A DNA stretch of 63,830 nucleotides, counting the filler. It is 4 parts of 4 records of this genome, joined end to end, with 100 filler letters (N's around TTAATTAATTAA, not from the genome) between each part and the next. Parts side by side here need not be neighbours in the genome. Positions count along the whole stretch, not along the records: positions 1 to 13,775 come from SRR2962707_5029; 3 more parts are not named here. One strand, 5' to 3'. The notes beneath the pieces are model-generated. The model was not told the origin of the DNA. It saw only the letters and a list, made by a program, of their open reading frames with translations, and did not search any database. This document shows positions 1 to 10,095 of this stretch, in pieces; position 1 is the stretch's first letter, and each line of letters begins with the position of its first letter. A program made the translations under genes and the position numbers.

Positions 1-1
1 C

Positions 2-1096
2 CCACATTTCATTTCCAATGTGGATGCTGCACAATTAGTTGAAGAGTTGCATGGTCTTGATCCGGCAACCACTTTATTTATCATTGCCTCCAAGACCTTT
101 ACTACTCAGGAGACAATGACCAATGCCAATACTGCAAAGGAATGGTTCCTGGAGAATGATGGTAGCGAGATTTCAAAACATTTTGTAGCCGTCAGTACCA
201 ATCAAGAAGCTGTAGAAGCATTTGGCATCAGTAGTGACAATATGTTTGTCTTCTGGGATTGGGTCGGAGGAAGATACTCCTTATGGTCATCCATTGGACT
301 CATTGTAGCATGCACGGTCGGTTTCGACAATTTTAAATCGTTGCTGGAAGGTGCACACCAAATGGATACGCATTTCCGAAGCACCCCATTTGAGAAGAAC
401 CTGCCAGTACTTTCAGCCTTGATAGGCATCTGGTACAATAACTTCCTCAACTATGATTCTATGGCTATTCTGCCCTACGATCATCGTTTACGCTATCTTC
501 CCCCATATCTCCAGCAGGCAGATATGGAAAGCAATGGCAAATCCGTTGATCGATCCGGACATCCGCTGAGTTACCAGTCCGGACCAATAATCTGGGGTGA
601 GCCAGGCACTAACGGTCAGCATGCGTTTTACCAACTAATTCATCAGGGCACAAAAATGATCCCATGCGAGTTCATTGCTTTTGCAAAACCAGCACATAAG
701 CATGGAGATCATCACGAAAAGCTGTTGGCTAATTTCTTTGCTCAACCTGAAGCATTGCTCATGGGAAAAACGCGTGAGCAGGTTATTAAGGAAATGGGTG
801 AAAATGTGGATGAAACACTGGTCCCATTCAAGGTTTTTGAAGGTAATCGTCCTTCAACTTCCATTCTGATTAAAGAATTGACTCCTTTCACTTTGGGCCA
901 ATTGATCGCCTATTATGAACATAGAATTTTCGTTCAGGGATACATTTGGAATATATTCAGCTATGATCAATGGGGTGTTGAGTTGGGCAAACAATTGGCT
1001 AAGCCAATTCTGAGTGAGCTAAAATCAGAAGAAGATGGAAAACACGATCCATCGACCAAATCCCTTATCAAGACTTACTTTGACATGCGCAAATAG
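2..1096 (+). CDS. pgi: Glucose-6-phosphate isomerase, 5'-truncated at window start
   Basis: Frame open from base 2 (PHFISNVD...); PGI motifs [50 protein letters not shown]. Confidence 0.97.
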   Translation, partial: PHFISNVDAAQLVEELHGLDPATTLFIIASKTFTTQETMTNANTAKEWFLENDGSEISKHFVAVSTNQEAVEAFGISSDNMFVFWDWVGGRYSLWSSIGLIVACTVGFDNFKSLLEGAHQMDTHFRSTPFEKNLPVLSALIGIWYNNFLNYDSMAILPYDHRLRYLPPYLQQADMESNGKSVDRSGHPLSYQSGPIIWGEPGTNGQHAFYQLIHQGTKMIPCEFIAFAKPAHKHGDHHEKLLANFFAQPEALLMGKTREQVIKEMGENVDETLVPFKVFEGNRPSTSILIKELTPFTLGQLIAYYEHRIFVQGYIWNIFSYDQWGVELGKQLAKPILSELKSEEDGKHDPSTKSLIKTYFDMRK

Positions 1097-1812
1097 CCGG
1101 CAATTATTCCGGTTGCTATTCCAACGTTCAGCGACTCAGCTTCTCCAAAGCGAGGAATAGTGACATTCTTAGTGACATGAAATTTGACTTGATCGCTGAT
1201 TCCATGTGACTCACTTCCCATCACTATTATGCTTGGCAGCATGATAGTGGTCTCATATAGATTTTCACCTTGCATATCGGCCGCAAGAACCGGGACTTTT
1301 AGATTCTCGAGTAAGTCGTCCAATTCTCTGTAATGAACATTCATTCTTACAAAAGATCCCATGGAACTGGCAATAACTTTCGGATGATAGAATTCTGCGC
1401 AATTTGGAGCGCACACGAGATCTTTAAACCCAAACCAGTCCAATGTTCGTATGATGGTACCCAAATTGCCCGGGTCCCCCACTCCGTCCAACACAAATAA
1501 GTGATCAGACAATTCATTAGATAAATCTTCCGGACCTTTCATTTTTGCCACAGCCAAAACGGTCTCATTCGTCTTAAAGGTGCTTAGTTGACTCAGTAAA
1601 TCGGGCTTAATTACCTCGTAGCGGATATTATGTAGTTCTTTTAGGTTTTCATATCTAAAGTCTTCTGCCCCAATAATTAACTCGGCATTAAAGTTGGAAT
1701 GAAGCAGTTCCAGCACATTTTTTGCACCCTCAACCAAAAAACGTTTTTCGCGCGTTCTGTACTTCTTAATTTTGAGTGATTTTATAAATTTTTGTTCCTT
1801 CTTTGAGAGCAT
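1075..1812 (-). CDS. TrmH/SpoU family RNA methyltransferase
   Basis: SPOUT motifs [29 protein letters not shown]; 3' end overlaps pgi convergently by 22 nt. Confidence 0.93.
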   Translation of the reverse strand: MLSKKEQKFIKSLKIKKYRTREKRFLVEGAKNVLELLHSNFNAELIIGAEDFRYENLKELHNIRYEVIKPDLLSQLSTFKTNETVLAVAKMKGPEDLSNELSDHLFVLDGVGDPGNLGTIIRTLDWFGFKDLVCAPNCAEFYHPKVIASSMGSFVRMNVHYRELDDLLENLKVPVLAADMQGENLYETTIMLPSIIVMGSESHGISDQVKFHVTKNVTIPRFGEAESLNVGIATGIIAGYLRMSK

Positions 1813-1817
1813 TGGAT

Positions 1818-4490
1818 TTGAAGCGTTACCTTAAACTAAGCCAAATATCATTATTCGCAGGAATAATACTCACCTCATGCTTAGGCTCAAAATTTCTGAA
1901 GGAAAATCAGCAAATTCTTGCAAAGCAAAAAATCACTGGTATCTCTGGCAGTCTGAAAGATAATGCTGCTACCCAACTTGAGATCGAACGGAACACACGA
2001 ATCTTGTTTGGCTATCCCATAACTCATCTAGCTCATTTATATCAAATGGGTGAAAATGGTGTAGCATTCGGCCCCAATATCCCGCGAAAAGAGATGAGAT
2101 TAAATGATCTGAAAGAAATCTATGGGAAGCGAATAAACGATGCTAAATCAGAAGAAAGCAAGACCCGATTAACAGAAAAGTTGAGTCGAATCGTCAAAAG
2201 AAAAGAAGCCAAAATTGAGCGAAAGAAAAATATCTCCAAAATCACTCTGATTAAGGGGTATAATCAGCAAAAAGCAATAGATCAAAAGGATAAAATTGAA
2301 TCCAAATTCGACACGAAAATTGCTAACGCAAAAAATGAAAAGCGAGAGAAAAAGTTCCGTGCTCGAAAGGCAAAGAAAATGGACAAAAAGGATCGAAAGA
2401 TCAAACAAGGGAATCAACTGATGAGATGGGGTGAACCTATCTCAATCTATGATCACAACAAGGCCAGATTGTCCGCTGACAACATTCGTCAATACATGAA
2501 CTCTAAAGGATACTTTAATGCCCAGGTGACAATAGATACTGCTCATCATGACAGCATTGGCGGTATTGGTGGATTTGGAAGGGACCTTAGAAACTGGGTT
2601 AGCCGTTGGGCTGGTGCTAAGTACAGATACATTAACCTAGAATATCATGTAAAGAGAAATCAACACTACTATGTAGACTCAATTCAATATGAGATTCATG
2701 ATCCCATTTTAAAAGATCTGGTAATGGAGAATCATAAGGAATCCCCTCTCAAAAAGTCATTTTACGACCAGAAAATGCTAACAGAAGAACGGGATTTCAT
2801 TTATAACCTAGCGGTGAATAATGGCTATTACGAATTCTCCAAGCAATACATATCGTTTAAAATAGATTCCGTACTTCTTGGCAAGGATACCCTAATTGTG
2901 AGGGAAGTCATCAGAAATCCTCCTGAAAAGGAAGAGCACAAAATATTCTACCTGGATTCCATTGTATTCGTTGCAGATGCCAGCGTCAACGAAACGTACA
3001 ATAGGACCATTGAAAAATATGGAGATGTGACCTTCAGCTTTGGTAAAAGTAAATACTCCAAAAAAGTCCTTTCCTGGAGAATCCCACTTGAGCAAGATGA
3101 TCGTTACAGTCGTGAAATGACCATTGAAACACAGCGACAGCTATCATTTCTGGATAATTATAAATTCATCAACATCAACTATGATACGACCGGAGGGCAA
3201 TTCATAGCGAACATTTTCACTTCCCCCTTCGATAAATATCAGACCTCAAGCGAGTTTGGTTTCAGTAGTACACAGGGTAAACCTGGTCCTTTCTTCAATA
3301 TCAACCTCAAAAACAGAAATACATTTCGGGCGCTTGAAATAATCAGCCTGGATCTCAATGCCAAACTTCAGGATTTGAGAAATGTAAGTGACATTGATTC
3401 AGATAATATTGAAGGAAATTATACTAGTAGGCAGTTTGGTGGGGAGGCTTCCATTGTATTCCCTCAGTTCTTGTTTCCCCTTGGAAGCTATTTTAAACGG
3501 CAGATTGGACAGTACAACCCACAAACACGATTGTCATTTGGTCTTTCCTTCGAAGATCGGGCCGGAGAATACACCAGACTTACCTATAGTGGTAGATTCG
3601 CCTACAGCTGGCAGGTAAAAGATCAGGTGAGGTATTCCCTTACCCCAATACAAGTGGATTGGATTGACTCTAGAAACACAGAATCATTTACCCAGTTTCT
3701 AAAGGAACTTGAACTTGATGGCAATACCTATGCAAATGCATTTAATTCAGCAGTAGTTACCAGTACTTCATTCGTAAGGGAACAAAACTTTGGAAACTAT
3801 GGCCTTGGACAGGACGGTGCTTTTATTGGTATCTATCTGGAATCAGGAGGTAACTTAAACAAGCTTGTTTCCAACTCCTTTTTTGGTGATAGGCTTCAGA
3901 CATTTAACTATGCGAAAGCAAATGTTGACTTAAGGAAGATCGAGCGACTTAGTCGTAAATACAACCTGGCATTTCGTTTGAATGTTGGTTATGCTTACCC
4001 CTATGGAGATAATAGCTCACTTCCATATACCGAATACTTCTTTGCCGGAGGTAGTAGCAGCATAAGGGGATGGAAGCCCAGAAGGCTTGGTCCAGGATCC
4101 TATGTCCAGTTTGAGAGCGATGGTGAAACAATCGACTATACCTCAGAGCGTCCGGGTGAAATTTTAATTGAAACATCCGTAGAATTGAGAAGGGACTTGG
4201 TAGGATTTGTAGAAGGTGCATTGTTTGTGGATGCAGGTAATATCTGGAATAACTCCAATGATTCATTTGATAATGGGGCCTTCGCCTTTAATAGTTTTAT
4301 GAAAGAAATGGCAGTGGCCACTGGGGTCGGTATTCGATTCGATCTCCAGTTTTTGATCTTTAGGGTTGATCTTGGAATGAAGCTATTCGATCCTGCCCAA
4401 CCCAAAGGAGAAAGGTTCGTTGGTGATCAGGTCTTTAAAGATTTCAGCAACAATACTGCACTTAATATTGGTATAGGATACCCATTCTAA
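1818..4490 (+). CDS. tamL: TamL-like Omp85/BamA-TamA family outer-membrane lipoprotein
   Basis: Lipobox IILTSC; POTRA-like MNSKGYFNAQV; barrel motifs FFAGGSSSIRGW, LFVDAGNIW, C-terminal IGIGYPF. Start uncertain (TTG at 1803, 1812 or 1818). Confidence 0.85.
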   Translation: MKRYLKLSQISLFAGIILTSCLGSKFLKENQQILAKQKITGISGSLKDNAATQLEIERNTRILFGYPITHLAHLYQMGENGVAFGPNIPRKEMRLNDLKEIYGKRINDAKSEESKTRLTEKLSRIVKRKEAKIERKKNISKITLIKGYNQQKAIDQKDKIESKFDTKIANAKNEKREKKFRARKAKKMDKKDRKIKQGNQLMRWGEPISIYDHNKARLSADNIRQYMNSKGYFNAQVTIDTAHHDSIGGIGGFGRDLRNWVSRWAGAKYRYINLEYHVKRNQHYYVDSIQYEIHDPILKDLVMENHKESPLKKSFYDQKMLTEERDFIYNLAVNNGYYEFSKQYISFKIDSVLLGKDTLIVREVIRNPPEKEEHKIFYLDSIVFVADASVNETYNRTIEKYGDVTFSFGKSKYSKKVLSWRIPLEQDDRYSREMTIETQRQLSFLDNYKFININYDTTGGQFIANIFTSPFDKYQTSSEFGFSSTQGKPGPFFNINLKNRNTFRALEIISLDLNAKLQDLRNVSDIDSDNIEGNYTSRQFGGEASIVFPQFLFPLGSYFKRQIGQYNPQTRLSFGLSFEDRAGEYTRLTYSGRFAYSWQVKDQVRYSLTPIQVDWIDSRNTESFTQFLKELELDGNTYANAFNSAVVTSTSFVREQNFGNYGLGQDGAFIGIYLESGGNLNKLVSNSFFGDRLQTFNYAKANVDLRKIERLSRKYNLAFRLNVGYAYPYGDNSSLPYTEYFFAGGSSSIRGWKPRRLGPGSYVQFESDGETIDYTSERPGEILIETSVELRRDLVGFVEGALFVDAGNIWNNSNDSFDNGAFAFNSFMKEMAVATGVGIRFDLQFLIFRVDLGMKLFDPAQPKGERFVGDQVFKDFSNNTALNIGIGYPF

Positions 4491-5392
4491 TGACAGAGAT
4501 AACGAAAGAAGGAATAGCAGATTGGTTTAGGCTGCTTCAGGACAAAATTTGTGATGCACTTGCAAGCTTGGATGGCAAAGCAGGATTCCATGAGGACGGT
4601 TGGGATCGACCTGAAGGTGGTGGCGGACGTACGCGAGTCATCCAGGCAGGTGACCTAATTGAGAAAGGCGGTGTGAACTTCTCTGCAGTCAATGGGCCTA
4701 CCCCTCCTAAGATACTTGAGGCACTTAAACTTCAAGAGGCTGATTTCTTTGCTACCGGTGTTTCTATCGTATTACACCCTCAAAACCCCTGGGTTCCAAT
4801 CATTCATATGAATGTTCGCTATTTCGAGATGAGCAATGGTATCTGGTGGTTTGGAGGTGGCATTGATTTGACTCCACACATAATCATTAAAGAACATGCT
4901 CAGAATTTCCATCGATCGCTGAAAAAGGTCTGTAACAAACATTCAAGTCAGTATTACCCCGTTTTTAAAAAATGGGCAGACGATTACTTCTTTGTAAAAC
5001 ATCGAAATGAAACCCGTGGAATAGGTGGGATTTTCTTTGATCGATTGAACAATGAAGAGGGAATTACCAAGTCTGACCGTTGGGATTTTGTAAAAGATGT
5101 TGGAGAGGCATTCGTACCACTTTATACGGAGGCCGTGAAAGATTTAAGAAGCCGATCTTATTCTGAAACCGACAAAAATTGGCAAAAGGTGAGACGGGGA
5201 AGGTATGTGGAGTTTAACCTGGTACACGACAAGGGGACAAAGTTTGGATTAGATACCAATGGCCGTACAGAATCGATCCTTATGAGTATGCCGCCAGAAG
5301 CCAACTGGGCATATATGTTTGAACCAGAAACAGAAGAGCAAAAAAATACCCTTTCTCTATTGAGAAAGGGTATTGACTGGATCAATCCATAA
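4490..5392 (+). CDS. hemF: Oxygen-dependent coproporphyrinogen III oxidase
   Basis: EKGGVNFS, HMNVRYF, WWFGGGIDLTP, RGIGGIFFD, RRGRYVEFNL, GRTESILMSMPP; TAATG overlap with tamL. Confidence 0.97.
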   Translation: MTEITKEGIADWFRLLQDKICDALASLDGKAGFHEDGWDRPEGGGGRTRVIQAGDLIEKGGVNFSAVNGPTPPKILEALKLQEADFFATGVSIVLHPQNPWVPIIHMNVRYFEMSNGIWWFGGGIDLTPHIIIKEHAQNFHRSLKKVCNKHSSQYYPVFKKWADDYFFVKHRNETRGIGGIFFDRLNNEEGITKSDRWDFVKDVGEAFVPLYTEAVKDLRSRSYSETDKNWQKVRRGRYVEFNLVHDKGTKFGLDTNGRTESILMSMPPEANWAYMFEPETEEQKNTLSLLRKGIDWINP

Positions 5393-5396
5393 TCTT

Positions 5397-6101
5397 TTAT
5401 AGGAGATTAAATTTCTCCATTAATGATTCTTTGTAGGAAGCTCCTATCGAGAAGCTTTTTTCGCCTATATAAACCTGAAGATCCTCAATACGATGGATCT
5501 TGTTTCTATTGATAATGTAGCTTCGATGTACTCTACTGAAAATACTCTCCGGCAATCTCTTCTCAATTCCTTTCATGGTATGATGCACAATGTGTTTTCT
5601 ACCGATCTCAGTATTAAAAATCACATAATCAGCAAGAGCTTCAACAAACAAAATATCATTATAGGCCAATCTAAAAAGCTTTCCGTCACTCTTCACATAG
5701 ATATGATCTTCCTTCTCCGCAAGAATCTTTTCTTTTTCAAGGTTCTCTTTAACCTTGTTGGCAGCTTTGAGAAAACGCTCGTATTCAACAGGCTTTACTA
5801 AGTAGTCAGCAACTGAATCCTCGAAAGCTTCTGTCGCATACTCCGGTTTGGAGGTAACAAGGATTACATTGTACGCATTCTGTAATGACTTCACCAGCTC
5901 CAATCCTGTCATTCCCGGCATCTCAATATCAAGAAAGACTACATCAACATCATTCGCGCTTTCTCCCAACAGGATGTCTGACGCCTCTTTGGTGTTGTCC
6001 AAATCATGGGTCAGGGTTAAGAAATCAGTTTTGTCAATAAACTTATTGATTACAAGACGAGACATTTTGTCGTCATCGACTACCATGCAATTAAGTGCCA
6101 T
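5397..6101 (-). CDS. LytTR family response regulator
   Basis: Receiver VVDDD...FLDIEMPGMTG...DYLVKP plus LytTR domain FSRVHRSYIIN. Confidence 0.93.
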   Translation of the reverse strand: MALNCMVVDDDKMSRLVINKFIDKTDFLTLTHDLDNTKEASDILLGESANDVDVVFLDIEMPGMTGLELVKSLQNAYNVILVTSKPEYATEAFEDSVADYLVKPVEYERFLKAANKVKENLEKEKILAEKEDHIYVKSDGKLFRLAYNDILFVEALADYVIFNTEIGRKHIVHHTMKGIEKRLPESIFSRVHRSYIINRNKIHRIEDLQVYIGEKSFSIGASYKESLMEKFNLL

Positions 6102-6682
6102 CAGTTTCTATTTACAATTTGGTGAATGTACTTTCCGATAATATCGAATTCAATGTTTACAATACTACTTATTGCTAGTTGGTGGAAATTGGTGTGTTCA
6201 AAAGTATAAGGAATTATTGCAACGGAAAAGATACGATCTTTCATGTTAAAACACGTAAGGCTTGTACCATTAATGCAAACACTCCCTTTTTCGACAATCA
6301 ATCCCAAATCCTTCAACTCAAAAGTAAAAATCCAGCTTCCATTCTCATCTTCGATCGATTTCACCTCTGCTACAGTATCAACATGCCCCTGAACAATGTG
6401 TCCGTCAAATCGACCATCTACCTTCATACAACGCTCAAGGTTGATTTTACCCCCCTTATGCTGCTTACCAAGGTTGGATTTCTTCAACGTCTCATCTATG
6501 GCCGTCACCCAATGAAAACCATCGCCAACTTCCGTTACGGTTAGGCAAACCCCATCATGAGACACACTTTGATCCACCTTTAATTCATTGGAAATTGATG
6601 ATTCGATACAAAAATCCAGGTTGGTACCACTGGTTTTTATTTCTTTGACTTTCCCTACAGATTCGACAATTCCTGTAAACAC
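6101..6682 (-). CDS. ribE: Riboflavin synthase alpha chain
   Basis: N-terminal MFTGIVE (GTG start), GVCLTV, GHIVQGHVD, NGTSLT, VNIEFDIIGKY. Confidence 0.95.
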   Translation of the reverse strand: MFTGIVESVGKVKEIKTSGTNLDFCIESSISNELKVDQSVSHDGVCLTVTEVGDGFHWVTAIDETLKKSNLGKQHKGGKINLERCMKVDGRFDGHIVQGHVDTVAEVKSIEDENGSWIFTFELKDLGLIVEKGSVCINGTSLTCFNMKDRIFSVAIIPYTFEHTNFHQLAISSIVNIEFDIIGKYIHQIVNRN

Positions 6683-6714
6683 TCTCGTTAACTTTAGACC
6701 TCAAAATAAGTGAA

Positions 6715-7371
6715 TTGGAAGATACCTACAAGCATAAAGGTTTAAGGAAGCAACTCGTCAAAGAAATTATCCGGAAGGGAATTAAAGATCAGGCTGTCCT
6801 TGCTGCAATTGGTAAGATTCCAAGACATTTCTTTTTTGACAAAATCTTCGATGGACATGCCTATGAAGACAAGGCTTTCCCCATTGAGGCGGGGCAAACT
6901 ATCAGTCAACCCTACACGGTCGCCTTTCAATCAGAATTGCTTGAAGTAAAACCAGGTGATAAAATTCTGGAAATAGGGACAGGTTCAGGCTATCAGGCGT
7001 GTGTGCTATTGGAAATGGGTGCCAAGGTGTACACCATAGAATATCAGAAAAAACTTTATCAAAAGGCTATCAGATTTCTTCCCAGCATCGGGTACCAGCC
7101 ACATATGTATCATGGTGATGGATCGAAGGGTATGTCACGATTTGCTCCATACGATGGCATCATTGTTACGGCGGGAGCTCCTACTGTTCCCGAAGAGCTT
7201 ATTGTTCAATTAAAACCCGGCGGAAGGCTGGTTATTCCTGTTGGGAACAATCAACTTCAGTCCATGGTTTTGATTGAGAAAGTTGACGATAACAAAATCA
7301 AAAAGAAGGTTTTCAACAACTTCAGCTTTGTACCTTTGCGAGGTGAAAAAGGCCATGATGGCGTTAAATGA
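6715..7371 (+). CDS. pcm: Protein-L-isoaspartate O-methyltransferase
   Basis: GQTISQPYTVA, LEIGTGSGYQA, APYDGIIVTAGA, LKPGGRLVIPVG, FVPL. Confidence 0.95.
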   Translation: MEDTYKHKGLRKQLVKEIIRKGIKDQAVLAAIGKIPRHFFFDKIFDGHAYEDKAFPIEAGQTISQPYTVAFQSELLEVKPGDKILEIGTGSGYQACVLLEMGAKVYTIEYQKKLYQKAIRFLPSIGYQPHMYHGDGSKGMSRFAPYDGIIVTAGAPTVPEELIVQLKPGGRLVIPVGNNQLQSMVLIEKVDDNKIKKKVFNNFSFVPLRGEKGHDGVK

Positions 7372-7380
7372 TTACAATAC

Positions 7381-7902
7381 ATGACTAAAGTGAAAAAATG
7401 CAGTGACTCCTTTGTCACAATGACGGAATTGGTACTACCGAATGACACCAATGGGTTAGACAACTTGATGGGGGGTCGCTTGATGCATTGGATGGATATT
7501 GCTGCAGCCATTGCCGGCCAACGTCATTCCAACCGTATTGTGGTCACAGCGTCTGTCGACAATATTTCATTTTCTGAGCCGATTCAAATAGGCAATACGG
7601 TTACCTTAAAAGCCTTCGTGACTAGAGCATTTAGCACCTCCATGGAGGTCTATATTGAGGTAATTTCCGAAAATATTCCAGCGAACAAGAAAGTTAAATC
7701 TAATAGTGCCTTCTTCACTTTTGTCGCTGTGGACCAATCCGGACGACCTATCGACATCCCTGAAGTAGTTCCTGAAACCGAATTTGAAAAGGAACTGTAT
7801 GAAGGAGCTTTAAGAAGAAGACAACTCCGTCTTGTATTAGGAAAAAGGATGAAACCAAGCGAGGCAAAGGAATTGAAATCAATTTTTGATCTCGAACAAT
7901 AA
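7381..7902 (+). CDS. Acyl-CoA thioesterase (HotDog fold, YciA-like)
   Basis: VLPNDTN..NLMGGRLMHWMD, VVTASVD, TSMEV, FTFVAVD. Confidence 0.92.
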   Translation: MTKVKKCSDSFVTMTELVLPNDTNGLDNLMGGRLMHWMDIAAAIAGQRHSNRIVVTASVDNISFSEPIQIGNTVTLKAFVTRAFSTSMEVYIEVISENIPANKKVKSNSAFFTFVAVDQSGRPIDIPEVVPETEFEKELYEGALRRRQLRLVLGKRMKPSEAKELKSIFDLEQ

Positions 7903-7906
7903 GCCA

Positions 7907-8452
7907 ATGATGGATAAGGAACACCTTCACTTATTAATCCATGAGGACATTTATCAACTCGATGATGGTCATCAGGAGGTTTCTGAGGTTTCAGGACCAG
8001 AACAGGAGGTTCTAAGTGAAGAGGTTCATTCAGATGCTCAACCTGAGGAGTCTGAAACCATCCATGTTGAAAAAGAAGAACTAGCACAAGAATATCACGA
8101 AGAGACGCCAAAGATCCCAGAGGTGCACCATCATGAAACGGAATCCGAAGAACCAACGGTAATTCCATTTGCCGTCTTTCATGAAGCCAGTGATCCTGGT
8201 GAAATTGAATTACTCCAAAAAATTATTGATGCATGCGGATTGGTTAAAGATCAATATCAAGTATTTGCCAATGGCTTCAACCAGGAGGTTCAATTCAAAA
8301 AAGCCTTGGTTTTCGTGCCTGAAGCCAAAGCCTTTTACACCCCAATTCCTTATAAGCAAAGTCAGTTCCTTTGCTCCAAGCCATTAAGTCTCTTGATGAA
8401 AGATGTGAAGGAAAAGGGCAAGCTGTGGGGAGCGCTTAAGGCCTTTGTCTAA
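7907..8452 (+). CDS. Hypothetical protein with acidic/His-rich linker; C-terminal part resembles Bacteroidota proteins annotated as DNA polymerase III psi-like
   Basis: ATG 4 nt after the thioesterase stop; short N-terminal LIHEDIY, Glu-rich linker, ELLQKIIDACGL...KGKLWGALK. Family call from recall only. Confidence 0.6.
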   Translation: MMDKEHLHLLIHEDIYQLDDGHQEVSEVSGPEQEVLSEEVHSDAQPEESETIHVEKEELAQEYHEETPKIPEVHHHETESEEPTVIPFAVFHEASDPGEIELLQKIIDACGLVKDQYQVFANGFNQEVQFKKALVFVPEAKAFYTPIPYKQSQFLCSKPLSLLMKDVKEKGKLWGALKAFV

Positions 8453-8910
8453 CGATATTTCTCAGCATAAAGCGCTTTTGCCTTATCCATTTTCTTTTTG
8501 GCTTTTCCACTAAATACAACGGAAGTAATTGCCATTGATCCGCCTACAAAATACAAGACATTGTTGGGCTTAAACTCTCCTTTATCTGGTTCTTCTGACC
8601 AACCATGTGTTAAAGCAGATACAGCATTTCCAAAAAGATTAAGGACAATCAAGAACCCACCGGTTCCTCCCAGCCAATCACTGGTAGCTCGATTCTTCAA
8701 AGCACCATCCAGGTACTCATTAATCTGTACTTCATTCCAATCATACGAGTAGACTTCAAATCCCTGTTTCTTTAGCCACTTAGTACGAGACTTTGAATAG
8801 GGGTTTTCAATTTTAATGATGGTCTCTGCTCTTGTGGTAGTATCAGGCTTCTGAGCGATTAAACTTAGGCCGCCAAAGAGCAATAGTAGGGTAATTAGGG
8901 TACGTGTCAT
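8449..8910 (-). CDS. Hypothetical exported/membrane protein
   Basis: Signal peptide MTRTLITLLLLFGGLSLIA and two Gly-rich hydrophobic segments; fills the gap between neighbours. Confidence 0.7.
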   Translation of the reverse strand: MTRTLITLLLLFGGLSLIAQKPDTTTRAETIIKIENPYSKSRTKWLKKQGFEVYSYDWNEVQINEYLDGALKNRATSDWLGGTGGFLIVLNLFGNAVSALTHGWSEEPDKGEFKPNNVLYFVGGSMAITSVVFSGKAKKKMDKAKALYAEKYR

Positions 8911-8964
8911 ATAGGTTGGTCAATGATCTAACCTTACACCCCCAATTCATTGAGATAGCTAATC

Positions 8965-10095
8965 CTAACCGAAGATCTCTCTTAGCTTAGCCTCAAGGCT
9001 CGCTCCCCTAAGATTTTTGGCAATGATCTTACCGTCAGGATCTACTAAATAGGTTGCCGGAATGGAGTGTATCTGATAAATCTGGGCTGCTTCACTATTC
9101 CAAAACTTAAGGTCTGAAACATGTAGCCACGGCAATCCATCCTGAGCAATCGCACCTAGCCAGGCATTTCTTGTCCTATCAAGAGAGACTCCTAATATTT
9201 CAAATTTTTCTCCCCCATACTTATTGTAAACACTCACTACATTTGGGTTTTCCGCTCGACATGGTCTACACCAGGCTGCCCAAAAATCAACAAGAACATA
9301 TTTTCCACGTAATGAGCTCAATGTGATGATTTCACCATCCGGGTTTGGGAGAGCAAGTTCGGGTGCTTCCGAACCTATGATTAATGATTTCTTTGCATCC
9401 AGTGTAGCTATCAAATTCTGGACATGGAAATTATCTGGCAATTCCATAGACATTTCTCTGGCAACACTATCAATAAACGTATAATTCTTGTCAGCATCGA
9501 TCATCTGGACTCCATAGTAAGCTGCAAGTGATGGGGTTGCCTCCCAGATAAGCGTCTTCAGTTCTTTTTCAGTCTCTAGACTTAGCTGCATCATGTTATT
9601 ATTTGCTGCATTGAAAGCCGCAACATCTCCTTCATTTCTTGCAAGCATCTGCTGTTGTTGGTATTGGCCTATCTGGTCACGATAAGCTCTCATAACAATG
9701 TCAATCTGATTCTTAAATTCTGTATCATACGATCCTGATACATCGAAAAAGCCTTGAGGACTATTTCCTTCTGCATTTACGGTGACTTCTTTTTCCTCTC
9801 CGGTCAGAATGATAGAAACCATCTGACGATTATTGAAGTTGAGTCGGTAAAAAGATGGTTCCGGTACTTCCACTGAAGTAGTAAAATCACCGTTTTCATC
9901 AATTTCCAATGTGTCTATTTTTTCAATTCCGACTTCTGTAATCCGCTCTAAATGAACATAGCCGTCTGAAAATACATTTTCAACATTCCCCGAAAGTTTA
10001 ATTCCACTCGTTTGCTGTTGCGAGGATGAACTACATCCAACAACCATAATAAACACAAGAACCAATCCACTCAAATACTTCATTTTCACATTCAT
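8965..10095 (-). CDS. TlpA-like thiol-disulfide oxidoreductase lipoprotein (DUF4369-like N-terminus + redoxin)
   Basis: Lipobox MVVGC; VDFWAAWCRPC (CxxC); SIPATYLVDPDGKII; ATGA overlap with gatB. Confidence 0.92.
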   Translation of the reverse strand: MNVKMKYLSGLVLVFIMVVGCSSSSQQQTSGIKLSGNVENVFSDGYVHLERITEVGIEKIDTLEIDENGDFTTSVEVPEPSFYRLNFNNRQMVSIILTGEEKEVTVNAEGNSPQGFFDVSGSYDTEFKNQIDIVMRAYRDQIGQYQQQQMLARNEGDVAAFNAANNNMMQLSLETEKELKTLIWEATPSLAAYYGVQMIDADKNYTFIDSVAREMSMELPDNFHVQNLIATLDAKKSLIIGSEAPELALPNPDGEIITLSSLRGKYVLVDFWAAWCRPCRAENPNVVSVYNKYGGEKFEILGVSLDRTRNAWLGAIAQDGLPWLHVSDLKFWNSEAAQIYQIHSIPATYLVDPDGKIIAKNLRGASLEAKLREIFG

